A DNA stretch of 64,000 nt from Candidatus Bathyarchaeota archaeon (GTDB taxonomy: Archaea; Thermoproteota; Bathyarchaeia; Bathyarchaeales; Bathycorpusculaceae): the NCBI GenBank assembly GCA_963770935.1, contig CAVYRJ010000004.1, positions 64,001 to 128,000 on the forward strand, read 5' to 3'. Positions 49,607 to 58,701 of the stretch are shown one piece after another (the stretch's first letter is position 1; every line of letters starts with the position of its first letter). The notes below the pieces were generated by a model. That model was not told the origin of the DNA. It saw nothing but the letters and a program-made list of their open reading frames with translations, and ran no database searches. Position numbers and translations under genes: made by a program.

Positions 49607-50044
49607 TTGGCACAAAGAGCTCAAGCTGAAGAGGAACTTCGCAGACTCAGCATGGAAATGCGTTATCTAGAACAAACTGCAGAAGCTCTGCAACAGCGCA
49701 TAAGCATGGTGAATGCAGCATTAACCGACATAAACTATGCTAACATGACACTTGATGGCATTGAGAAAGAAAAAGAAAACTCTGAAATGCTTGTTCCAAT
49801 CGGCGGAAGCTCTTACGTTAAAGTGAAACTTGCAGACCCAAACAAAGTAATCATAGGCTTGGGTTCAGGTGTATCAGTCGAGAAAACCCTTCCAGAAGCA
49901 AAAGCCACCCTCAAAGAACGCCTAGATGAGCTGGAGAAAACTATGCATTCAGCCCAACAGCAATTCAGTCAAGTGGCTGAACGGATAAACTCTGGCAGAA
50001 GCAGACTCGAAAATCTGCTTTCGACAAGAGAAGGGAAACAGTAG
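49607..50044 (+). CDS. pfdA: Prefoldin alpha subunit
   Basis: Coiled coils flanking EMLVPIGGSSYV...KVIIGLGSGVSVEK. Confidence 0.93.
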   Translation: MAQRAQAEEELRRLSMEMRYLEQTAEALQQRISMVNAALTDINYANMTLDGIEKEKENSEMLVPIGGSSYVKVKLADPNKVIIGLGSGVSVEKTLPEAKATLKERLDELEKTMHSAQQQFSQVAERINSGRSRLENLLSTREGKQ

Positions 50045-50048
50045 CTCG

Positions 50049-50954
50049 ATGTTTGAGAAGCTTAAATCAGGTTTTAAAGGCTTAGTAAACAAAGTAACAA
50101 CAACTGAACTTAAAGCAGAAAACCTATCTCCTATTTTATCAGATTTTAAAATGAGTCTTGCCGAAAACGATGTGGCTTTTCCAGTTGCAGACAAAATCTG
50201 CGATGAACTCGAATTGCGTTTAGCGGGTGTTCAGGTTAAACGCTTAGAAGACCGAAAAAAAATTGTTGAAGACAACCTACGGCATGTCCTCTTAGATGTC
50301 ATGTTAACTAAACAAAGAATTGACCTGCTTAAAATGGCAGATGAGAAACGCAAAAAGAAGGAACCCTTTTCTTTGATGTTTGTAGGCATCAACGGCACAG
50401 GAAAAACCACAACAATCGCGAAGGTTGCGCAGTTTCTGAGGGACAAAAGCTTCTCAGTGTTGCTTGCTGCCGCTGACACTTACCGTGCTGGCTCGATTGA
50501 GCAGTTGGAGGAGCATGGTAAGCGTTTGGGTATGCGTGTGATTAAGAGTATTTATGGCGGTGACCCAGCAGCTGTCGCTTATGACGCTGTTAGTCACGCA
50601 AAAGCCCATGGAATCAACATTGTTTTGATTGATACTGCTGGTAGAATGCAGACTAACCAGAACCTGATGAATGAGCTGGTTAAAGTGAAGCGTGTTGTGC
50701 GTCCTGACTTAACAGTTTTCGTGGTGGATTCGCTAATTGGAAACGATGCAGTTATGCAGGCGGAAGAGTTCAACAAGGCAATTGGCATTGACGCAACGAT
50801 CCTAACCAAAGTGGATGCTGACGTGAAAGGCGGTTCAGCACTAAGCGTAACATACGTGACGCAAAAACCGATTTTGTTTATTGGTGTGGGGCAAACCTAC
50901 AAGGATTTGGAACTGTTTAACCCAGAAAAATTCGTCAATATGGTCCTAAGATAA
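50049..50954 (+). CDS. ftsY: Signal recognition particle receptor FtsY
   Basis: GINGTGKTTTIAK, DTYRAGSIEQL, DTAGRMQT, TKVDADVKGG, GVGQTY. Confidence 0.96.
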   Translation: MFEKLKSGFKGLVNKVTTTELKAENLSPILSDFKMSLAENDVAFPVADKICDELELRLAGVQVKRLEDRKKIVEDNLRHVLLDVMLTKQRIDLLKMADEKRKKKEPFSLMFVGINGTGKTTTIAKVAQFLRDKSFSVLLAAADTYRAGSIEQLEEHGKRLGMRVIKSIYGGDPAAVAYDAVSHAKAHGINIVLIDTAGRMQTNQNLMNELVKVKRVVRPDLTVFVVDSLIGNDAVMQAEEFNKAIGIDATILTKVDADVKGGSALSVTYVTQKPILFIGVGQTYKDLELFNPEKFVNMVLR

Positions 50955-50957
50955 ACG

Positions 50958-51316
50958 TTAAGGTTCTTCTATTTCAGCTAGTTCGAAGCTTATTTTACTC
51001 GGGTAAATCCGGTATGCCTTGATGAAATCTTCGATGGCTTGGTCGATGTCCAATGTGCCAAAAAAATTGACGAATTCTTTATCGATTCCATCAAGGTTCT
51101 TTGACGTGTAAACTTTTAGTTGCGCCAAGAACTCTTTTTCAGGTTGCAGTTCTTCCATGGTAATGTTTTTGGGAAATCAATAGTGACGAACAGGTTAGTC
51201 AAGATGTCTAGTGCTGCTGCTTTGCGGACTTTTTCGTTTTTTGTTTTTATGACGATTAGTCTTTGTTCGATTTTCCGGTAATTCCAATTAATGTCTTGAT
51301 TTAATGATGCTGACAA
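50958..51316 (-). CDS. Hypothetical protein, probably one gene split by an indel near 51165
   Basis: Two overlapping 66-aa ORFs on the same strand join through an A-run as IDFPKNITMEELQPEK. Confidence 0.45.
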
Positions 51317-51358
51317 AGTAAATCCCTAAAAAATAGAGTGTAACCAGACTATTTTATG

Positions 51359-51664
51359 TTACTTTTTTAGTTCAACCACTAACAGGTCAAGCGTTGTTTG
51401 CCCAATGTTTTCGGCTTCATGCGACTGAGCTTTAAGAAACATTGTGTCACCAGCTACAAGGTCAAAAATATCGGTTTTGCTCTGCGAAGTCAACTTCATC
51501 TTGCCACCCTCAAGCACATAAACAACATGATCAGGATGACTATGCATCACGGCTTTGTCGCCAGGATGGAAAGTTACAGTAAGTACACGTACACGTTCAT
51601 TTTCCATCTTGAACTTGTAAACGTTGCTTGCTACATCTAACGGATTAAGCAGATTTTCACTCAT
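51359..51664 (-). CDS. Cupin-domain protein
   Basis: ENERVRVL, PGDKAVMHSHPDHVVYVLEGG, HEAENIG, VVELK. Confidence 0.88.
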   Translation of the reverse strand: MSENLLNPLDVASNVYKFKMENERVRVLTVTFHPGDKAVMHSHPDHVVYVLEGGKMKLTSQSKTDIFDLVAGDTMFLKAQSHEAENIGQTTLDLLVVELKK

Positions 51665-51762
51665 TAGAACAATTCACCAATTGACTGTGAGATTTAAAAC
51701 AATTAAGCCTGTGTGGTTACACCTTAACAGTCACAAGTAATCTGGTGCCCGGACTGATGTTT

Positions 51763-51975
51763 TTAGGTAGTTTCCTTGTTCCGTTTTGAAGGGTCACGCA
51801 GGTTTTGGATTGGCGAGTCATCGGTGTAGCCTTGTGCGGCTTGGGTTTTCTGTTTGTACTTCTGCTCCGCCATTTTCGCTTTGCCTTCTTTGCTGCTTAA
51901 CTCAACGCTGTTCTCAAGCTTCCATATTGTTTTGCCAATTCGGCGTTGACCTTTAGTGACTGTGCATCTTCCCAT
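51763..51975 (-). CDS. Small basic hypothetical protein
   Basis: 70-aa Lys/Arg-rich ORF with ATG start, divergent from the SRPBCC gene. Confidence 0.5.
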   Translation of the reverse strand: MGRCTVTKGQRRIGKTIWKLENSVELSSKEGKAKMAEQKYKQKTQAAQGYTDDSPIQNLRDPSKRNKETT

Positions 51976-52048
51976 TTTTGCTCACTGATACTTAAACGTT
52001 AAAGTTAAAAAACCCTTCCAACTTACTAGTAATTGGTCGTGTTATTTT

Positions 52049-52465
52049 TTGAAAAAACTTGAATTAACCACAATAACCCAAAAAGTTATCATCCCAAAAG
52101 TCTCCCCAAAACAAGTCTACGAAGCCTACGTGGACCCAAAAAAACACAGCGAATTCACAGAAAGCAAAGCTACAGGCAAACCAGTAGTTGGAGGCAAATT
52201 CACCGCTTGGGATAAATACATCTCAGGCAAATTCGTAGAACTTGAAGAAGGGAAACGAGTAGTTCAAGAATGGACATCGACGGATTTTCCTGAAGGTTAC
52301 CCTCCATCTAAGCTGGAGTTGACTTTTCGTGAAGTGCCTAAAGGAACAGAAATCACCATGGTGCACTCCAACGTTCCAAAGGAGATTGCGGATGACGCAG
52401 CTGATGGTTGGACGGAGTTCTACTGGGAGCCAATGAAGAAATATTTCAAAAAAGAGAAGAATTAG
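52049..52465 (+). CDS. SRPBCC/AHSA1-like domain protein
   Basis: SPKQVYEAY, GGKFTAWDKYISGKF, RVVQEW, GTEITMVHSNVP, GWTEFYWEPMK. Confidence 0.88.
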   Translation: MKKLELTTITQKVIIPKVSPKQVYEAYVDPKKHSEFTESKATGKPVVGGKFTAWDKYISGKFVELEEGKRVVQEWTSTDFPEGYPPSKLELTFREVPKGTEITMVHSNVPKEIADDAADGWTEFYWEPMKKYFKKEKN

Positions 52466-52476
52466 TGCAAAACCAA

Positions 52477-53971
52477 TTATTTTGAGGTGCTGGTTTTGAA
52501 TTTTCTGTTATCTTTTTTGCAGAGCTCTCTGACAAGATTGCGACCCATCAGGCACACAGTGTTTAATCCGATTGTGCCTCCAGCCCACTGTCCCACCATG
52601 TAGAAATTCTTCAGACCAGGAAGCGTTTTGCTGACCCCGTTTTTGCGAACTATTGCATCGTACTCTTTTGGGGCACCCCACGCTTGGTAACCATGGTAAG
52701 AACCCGTCCAATGCTCAACCGAAATAGGTGTAACAACGTCGATGGCTTCGATCTTATTTTTGAACGTGGGAAAACGTTTCTCCAGCTTTTCAGCTAGTAA
52801 ATCTGCCACTTTTTGTTTTTCTAAACTATACTTTTCGGGGTTAGTTGACAGTTCTTTCCAGTAGTCATAGTTGGAATCAAAAACAACTTTAACCACAGTT
52901 TTGCCTTCAGGCGCAAGTGTAGGGTCAAAACCAAAAACTTCCACATCAAGTCTATCTCTTTCTCTGTTTTCCACTGTAAATGGCTTATCTTGGAAGAGAA
53001 CGAGGGCATGTGGTTCCTTGGAGAGGTCAAGTGTCTACTCCATACCAAACTTCTAACCCGAAAGCCTGAGTTTTAGGAACGGCGTTGTAGTAGGATTGAA
53101 TAAGGTCATTAACGTATTTTCCGTCCAGCATACTAAATATGGTCGAGCGACCGTCGGCTGCTGAAACAATCACTTCAGCAGAATGCTGGGAACCATCCTC
53201 TAATTGAACGCCCACAGCTTTTCCTTTTTCAACAAGGATTTTAACGACTTTAGAGCGGTATGCTATTTCGCCGCCGAGTTCAAGATATCTTTTCTCCATG
53301 TTCTTTGAAATAGCCATTGACCCGCCAATTGGCCATCCGCCATCACCGTTGTTTAAGGTAGCTAAGAAAATCAAAGAAAGTACCACTGGAACCTCTGGAA
53401 TATCATATTGTATTGTTGCAAATGCTTTGCGTAGAAAGGGGTCACTGAATTTTTCAGCGTAATCTTTTAGGGTTATCTTGCTGTATTTCATTAGGGCTCC
53501 AAGTAGCGGGATCATCTTTAGTTTGGTGCCTATTCCTCCTGAAAGCGCTGAGAAAAGGTCGTAGCCGCTGAATCGATGGGCCTGCTTGATGTATTCTCCT
53601 ATCAATTTTTTATCTTGTGGAGCAAGTTCCTCCATGTGTTTTTTGAGTTCGTTAAGGTTGGTGTGAACTGTAAAGACTTTGCCGCTTGGGTCTTCGACTT
53701 GAACAAATTCCTTAAAACTGTAGGTCTTCAATCCCCTAAGTGCACCGAGTTCTTGCCACATATTATTGTTCACAGAATTTGGAGTAACGCCAAAAACGTT
53801 GTGAACTGCATAGTCGAAAGTGTAGCCTTTGCGTTTCCATGAGACGCATACTCCGCCAGGTTTTTCTTGCATTTCAAAAATCTTGGTTTTGTAACCGTTC
53901 ATTTGAGCGTAGGTGCCTGTGGCTAAACCTGCAAGACCTGCTCCTATTATTATCATGGATTTGGAAGACAT
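52477..53971 (-). CDS. NAD(P)/FAD-dependent oxidoreductase, phytoene-desaturase-like; +1 indel near 53032
   Basis: IIGAGLAGL, PGGVCVSWKRKGYTFD, GWPIGGS. Joins via DLSKEPHAL to DVVTPISVEHWTG...TLPGLKNFYMVGQW. Confidence 0.85.
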
Positions 53972-54058
53972 TCTTTATCGTGCCAATGTGAAATGTGGTT
54001 TTTGACGTTAAATTCTTTTCGCAGAATCAAGTAAGGGGGGATTCTTTAGGTGAATAAA

Positions 54059-54286
54059 TTACTTTTTTCTGGGCGTTTCTTTGATGGTTCCTGTGATGGT
54101 TTGTACGGTTTCCTCGCATACTTCTGGTTTCCAAGTGCAAATGCCTTCAATTATTTCATCTAGATAATGCGCTAGCTCCTCACTCTTTACTTGTTTAGCG
54201 CAGTCCACCCTATAGACTATTTCATCTTTTTTTCGGCTTACTATAATTGAAACCAGAACTTTTTCATCCATGGCACTCAGACTCAA
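54059..54286 (-). CDS. Small hypothetical protein
   Basis: 75-aa ORF with globular composition, co-directional with neighbours. Confidence 0.5.
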   Translation of the reverse strand: MSLSAMDEKVLVSIIVSRKKDEIVYRVDCAKQVKSEELAHYLDEIIEGICTWKPEVCEETVQTITGTIKETPRKK

Positions 54287-54341
54287 TTCTATTATCTGTG
54301 CAATTTAAATTTGAAGCTTCTTACCCCAGTTTGCAGGAAAG

Positions 54342-54552
54342 CTATAGCCTATTGAAGTATTCAAAAGGCGCATACCAGAAAATCGTAATTGGTTTTTTGC
54401 ATTCGGGATTCTGGCATTTATGTTGTTTTTTGACGATGTTTTTGTGGTAAGCTCTTTGGCATTGGTTTTGCGAAAGAAAATGCTATGTGAAGTCGGTCTG
54501 GCGGCTTAATCTCGAGGATTTCATAGCAAAAGGGGCATTCAACAATGGCCAT
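54342..54552 (-). CDS. Small zinc-ribbon protein, ~69 aa (not in ORF track; +1 indel near 54450)
   Basis: GGAGG upstream of ATG. MAIVECPFCYEILEIKPPDRLHIAFSFAKPMPKS joins YHKNIVKKQHKCQNPECKKPITIFWYAPFEYFNRL*. The span is 211 nt = 70 codons + 1. Confidence 0.7.
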
Positions 54553-54819
54553 AAAGATACCCTCCAATTATCATATAGGCTGTTTGCTCTAAAAAAAGTT
54601 GCCGTGCAATTTGAAAAACTAAAACTTTAATTAGATAACCTGCCAGAAACAAAAATCTGCAGGTGACAATAGTGAGCAAGGTCAATGCAAGCGCTCTTAT
54701 TTTTCTATTTGAAGTCATTATTTGCAATCAAAAAGTGATTGTGAATGGATTATTTCGCCTTTACCAACTGCAAAGTCGTTAATATATATTGCTTCCTCGG
54801 CACATGAATCCTTGTAGGG

Positions 54820-55164
54820 TCAAACGGTTGGACTTAATTTGACCATTATTTCTTGATTGTCAACTTTTACCAAATATTTAGGTAAGTCCTCAATATCTGG
54901 GCGGTCAAGAGGTTCGACAGGAGGAGAAACAACTTTGCCTGTGGTTACGTCAAACCTTGCCTTATGATTTGGGCACGTAACTATATTGTTTTCTAAAACT
55001 CCTTCGGAAAGGTCACCTCCAAAATGAGTGCATTCACTGCCAACAGCATAATATTTTCCATTGACGTTGACGATGAGAATTTCTTTTCCGTACATTGTAA
55101 CTTTTTTCATTTTGCCCAATGCGATCTCTGACTTGTCAACTGCACGAAAATACACTGATTCCAT
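54820..55164 (-). CDS. Rieske [2Fe-2S] ferredoxin-type protein
   Basis: CTHFGGDLSEG...VTCPNHKARFDVTTG (CxH...CxxH). Confidence 0.92.
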   Translation of the reverse strand: MESVYFRAVDKSEIALGKMKKVTMYGKEILIVNVNGKYYAVGSECTHFGGDLSEGVLENNIVTCPNHKARFDVTTGKVVSPPVEPLDRPDIEDLPKYLVKVDNQEIMVKLSPTV

Positions 55165-55448
55165 TAAAACCAACCCTTCAACTATAGCTTAACTAAAATT
55201 TCATCAAATAAAAAGGTTCAAAGAGGACTAAGACAACTATCCAAACCTAAGGACCGCGAACTTTTTTTCCTGACAAAAAAGGGTGGGAGTTTTTCAAGAT
55301 AGACACAATTATCTCAAGTTATTGGTGTGATTTTACTACGATTAACCGTTTTGTTCACATCAAAATGAATGTAGCATCGAAGAGAAGCTCAAAAAGTGCC
55401 TATTTTCAATTTAAAGTATTTACCTTACACCCCTAATACTACGGATGT

Positions 55449-55796
55449 TTGGTAGTCAAATTGGAAAGAGCAAAACTAACAGCTAAAGCACTTAATGAGC
55501 TAACTGAAAGCTATGCGGAAGCCTGCATTGCGCTAAAATCCACTGCCAAAGAGATGGCTAAAACAAAGAAGCTGTGGCGTGAAGGCAATAAGTCGAATCT
55601 TATTAGGATCGGAATGGCCTGTATTATGTTCCCTGATCCTTCGCCAATAAGTGAGATAGTTGGTGCGGGTTTCCTGGTAGCGGGGGCGGTCCAGAAAGGA
55701 ATCCAAAAACGAACGCTCTATGTAGGCGACATTAAAAAGAATCTTGAAAGCACTCTTAGAGAACTTGGCGCTACACAAGGGAACATACATCTGTAA
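55449..55796 (+). CDS. Hypothetical protein with central hydrophobic hairpin
   Basis: LIRIGMACIMFPDPSPISEIVGAGFLVAG flanked by helical segments. Confidence 0.6.
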   Translation: MVVKLERAKLTAKALNELTESYAEACIALKSTAKEMAKTKKLWREGNKSNLIRIGMACIMFPDPSPISEIVGAGFLVAGAVQKGIQKRTLYVGDIKKNLESTLRELGATQGNIHL

Positions 55797-55911
55797 AAGA
55801 ACTAAACTAAAAAAATTTCCGGGTTACATTTCTGTTTTTAGTTCCGCAATTCCAGTTTGTTTTTGCCTATGACGATTCATTAACAAAAAAAAGAAAGAAT
55901 ATTTCTTGCAA

Positions 55912-56694
55912 TTACGATTTTTGTCTTTTTTTTAGCAGGATCATTGCTACGGCTGTGACTGCAATCGCTACGGCTATTATGATTGCACCTGCCTGAGTTA
56001 GGGTAACTATGGTGTGGTTTGGGGTCTGTTTTGCTGATATACCAACTAAAGCCCAGACTATGACTAACGCATAAGGGATGTCTTTTCTTAATGCCAAACT
56101 CAGAATTGTAATTAGCAATGCGACGGCAACTACGATTATTGCCCAGGTTGTTGGGTCTATGCCCGCGCCATCCCAGCCTACATTGACAAGGGTTGCTGAA
56201 ATGTTAGCTATTGTGGCGATGGTTATCCATCCTAAATAGACGCTGAATGGCAAATGAACGGCGAGTTTTTCTTTAATTGATGTTTTTGTTTTTCCTATGT
56301 CTACGCGCTGGTAAATTGCAATTAGTGAAGCTAATAGAATTAGCATTAAGCCAACTGAAAGGGGTAGTTGTTCGTATTGCCATGCAAAAAGCCATGCAAT
56401 GTTAGCTATACAGCTTAAAATGAAAAAGAAGCTAATTTGTTTCTGGAAGGGGCGATCTTTATTTTTTGGTAGGGCTTGGTAGACTGTAAATATTCCCAGT
56501 AAAAGGTAGATGACTCCCCAGATAGAGAAGACATAGCCTGCTGGAGTGATCAGCGTTGGGTTTACATCTGAAACTTGAGCGGTAAGTTTACCGCCTATCA
56601 TAGTGGTGCTGCCTGCTAAACTATTAATGATGACAGTCGCGATAAAGGCAACCAAGTTTAGGTATCTGAAATAGTTAGACTGAATGGGTTGCAT
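55912..56694 (-). CDS. Tryptophan-rich sensory protein (TspO/MBR-like) membrane protein
   Basis: ITPAGYVFSIWGVIY, ANIAWLFAW, PFSVYLGWITIATIAN, YALVIVWALVGI. Confidence 0.82.
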   Translation of the reverse strand: MQPIQSNYFRYLNLVAFIATVIINSLAGSTTMIGGKLTAQVSDVNPTLITPAGYVFSIWGVIYLLLGIFTVYQALPKNKDRPFQKQISFFFILSCIANIAWLFAWQYEQLPLSVGLMLILLASLIAIYQRVDIGKTKTSIKEKLAVHLPFSVYLGWITIATIANISATLVNVGWDGAGIDPTTWAIIVVAVALLITILSLALRKDIPYALVIVWALVGISAKQTPNHTIVTLTQAGAIIIAVAIAVTAVAMILLKKRQKS

Positions 56695-56932
56695 AATTTT
56701 CTCCCTGTTCTTGTTGTCATTTGTGGTATTTAAAATATTCAACGATGACTTCTGTATTTTTGTAATAATAAAGCAAGCTTGCGTCTTTAGCTCAAAGAGC
56801 ATACTATAGGCTTATTTATTATGCCTGGTTTGTTTTGGTTTTCTAGTTTTCTCCTTTGGTTATCCTCCTCCTTGGAAGCAGACAAACTCGTTTACTTTTG
56901 AAAATGGGAGGTGTATGTTGTCATGGGATTAA

Positions 56933-57064
56933 GTGAGAGTTCAAGCTGCCATAGTTGATGTAAGTGCCCGATTGGGTGCCTTTGTAACTGCTGCCGCAAC
57001 TGAAGCAGGGTATGAATACGTTTGCACAATGGACAATGTGACGCTTTTCAGAAAACGAAAGTAA
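56933..57064 (+). pseudogene. Probable relic of a tyrosine integrase C-terminus
   Basis: Short ORF ending EAGYEYVCTMDNVTLFRKRK*, matching my recollection of the C-terminal tail of bathyarchaeal site-specific integrases. It ends 30 nt from the tRNA-Cys 3' end. Confidence 0.55.
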
Positions 57065-57093
57065 TTTCCAAAGTATATTGGTTTATGCCAATA

Positions 57094-57166
57094 AGCTGGG
57101 GATGGGAGTTGAACCCATATATAGCAGCTCTGCAGGCTACCGCCTGAACCGTTCGGCCACCCCAGC
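57094..57166 (-). tRNA. tRNA-Cys (GCA), intronless, CCA not encoded
   Basis: Cloverleaf: acceptor GCTGGGG/CCCCAGC, D arm GCCG/AGGC, anticodon stem GTAGC/GCTGC with loop CTGCAGA, T arm ATGGG-TTCAACT-CCCAT, discriminator U73. Confidence 0.95.
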
Positions 57167-57191
57167 ACGGGATTCTAAGGTTGTGACTGAC

Positions 57192-57201
57192 ATAAATATA
57201 T
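57192..57201 (-). promoter_or_regulatory. TATA box of tRNA-Cys
   Basis: ATATATTTAT on the minus strand ~26-35 nt upstream of the tRNA 5' end. Confidence 0.55.
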
Positions 57202-57245
57202 TGTTGGCTCAGCCTGTTTTTTGTGCCATCTGCCAAAACGCTTGC

Positions 57246-57608
57246 TTATTTTTTGAAGGCTAAACCCGAAAAAACAGCAACTTGCTTGCTTTGACTACAG
57301 ACTGTGACATTGTATAATCCCATTGTTTTGCCGTCTGAAACCCGAGTTGCTTCCGCTGTCAATGTGTCGCCTTCCACTGAGGGCTTAAGAAAGTTTATGC
57401 TCACCTGAACTGCCACTGCAACATTGTCGCCGAAGTTGCATGCTTGTGCAAAAGCGTAGTCCGCTAAAGAAAAGATTGCGCCGCCATGTGTAAATCCCAA
57501 GGCATTTGTGTGGAGCTTTTCAATTTTCATTGTTACTTTGGCGTACCCATCTTTTGCATCAAGTACCTTGATCCCTAAGGCTTCTGCAAAGTGATCTGTG
57601 CCTTTCAT
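57246..57608 (-). CDS. PaaI-family hotdog-fold thioesterase
   Basis: DHFAEALGI, HTNALGFTHGGAIFSLAD, INFLKP. Confidence 0.9.
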   Translation of the reverse strand: MKGTDHFAEALGIKVLDAKDGYAKVTMKIEKLHTNALGFTHGGAIFSLADYAFAQACNFGDNVAVAVQVSINFLKPSVEGDTLTAEATRVSDGKTMGLYNVTVCSQSKQVAVFSGLAFKK

Positions 57609-58669
57609 TTTATCTTTACCTTTTTGGGTTTTTCCTCGCTCATCAAGTAGTTATAGATTTTGCGGAACAGTGAAATCAAGCCTTTCGGAGCGAAAATCAC
57701 GATAACTATGAGGATTAAGCCTATTATTAGGAGACTTAGGGGTGGTCCAACGTTGCTTACGCTGGGGAAGTATGACCCAAGTGCTCCATTTAAAGAATCA
57801 ACTACGCTTGGTAAGGTCGAGATCTGCTGGATTGAAACGAAAAATATTGATCCGATGATTGGTCCTGCGACTGTTCCTAAGCCTCCAATGACTGACATTA
57901 TTAGAGGCAGAAATGAGTTTGCTGGTGAAAAAACTGAGTTGTCGATGAGTCTGATAAAGTAGGCGTTTAAGCCTCCTGCTATTCCGGCGAAGAATGTGCT
58001 GATAACAAACGCTATCAACTTGTATTTTGCGGTGTTTATTCCAATCATTTTTGCTTCGGCTTCATTTCCATGGATAGCTCTGAACGCCAACCCCATTCTG
58101 GATTTCATTATGAAAAACATAACCGATATCGATGTCAAGGCAAAGAGGACAACCAGAACGTAGAATGGGTAGCCTTTAGTTACAAGAGTTGTCGTTGCAT
58201 AACCGTCTATTCCTTGAGTGATTGAGTTAAATTGGCTTGATAGTGTTGCGGCTATGACTGAAAAACCAAACGTTACCATGGCCAAGTACCATGCCTTCAA
58301 TCTTGTGCAGGCTAAACCTATCAGTAGCCCAACTCCTGCTGAAAGTAATCCGCCTAGCAAAAGTGCTAATATTAAAATAGCGACGGATAAGCCGCCAACT
58401 GGCATCTGGGTCGTGCCCAGAAAGCTAACTGTTGCTTTTGATATTGAGCCACCTATGATGGCCGCAGCGAAGCCGCCGATGCCTAAGAAGACAGCATGTC
58501 CCAAGGAACCTTGCCCCGAATTAGCTAAGAAATTCCAGCTTGCAGCGTAGATGGCAAAAATAGTGATCAAAGTCATAACTGTAAGGAAAAAATTATCTTG
58601 GACAAGTAACGGAACGAACGCTAGAATAACAAAGAAGACAATAATGAATAAGAAACCCTTGGAATGCAA
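57605..58669 (-). CDS. livM: Branched-chain amino acid-type ABC permease (LivM-like)
   Basis: GQGSLGHAVFLGIG, YLAMVTFGF, SRMGLAFRAI..NEAEAKMIGIN, IGGLGTVAGPIIG, FAPKGL. Confidence 0.9.
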   Translation of the reverse strand: MHSKGFLFIIVFFVILAFVPLLVQDNFFLTVMTLITIFAIYAASWNFLANSGQGSLGHAVFLGIGGFAAAIIGGSISKATVSFLGTTQMPVGGLSVAILILALLLGGLLSAGVGLLIGLACTRLKAWYLAMVTFGFSVIAATLSSQFNSITQGIDGYATTTLVTKGYPFYVLVVLFALTSISVMFFIMKSRMGLAFRAIHGNEAEAKMIGINTAKYKLIAFVISTFFAGIAGGLNAYFIRLIDNSVFSPANSFLPLIMSVIGGLGTVAGPIIGSIFFVSIQQISTLPSVVDSLNGALGSYFPSVSNVGPPLSLLIIGLILIVIVIFAPKGLISLFRKIYNYLMSEEKPKKVKIK

Positions 58670-58701
58670 TAATGTGACTTAGCGATTGTTTTAGTTGCAT
58701 T

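Noticed and set aside
3904-53029. Selenocysteine or pyrrolysine readthrough at premature TGA/TAG stops (e.g. 3904, 29731, 53027)
   Set aside because: The downstream homologous sequence continues in a different frame, so readthrough would not restore the proteins.
54539-54727. 62-aa hydrophobic ORF / possible riboswitch upstream of the Zn-ribbon gene
   Set aside because: There is no recognisable family, it overlaps the Zn-ribbon start, and I could not fit a fluoride or other riboswitch consensus.
55281-55292. GGGTGGGAGTT as a second att copy of the tRNA-Cys 3' end
   Set aside because: The match is short and gapped, and is expected by chance.
56941-57263. ORFs 56941-57168, 57048-57236 and 57078-57263
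   Set aside because: They overlap the tRNA-Cys gene and have no protein-like features.
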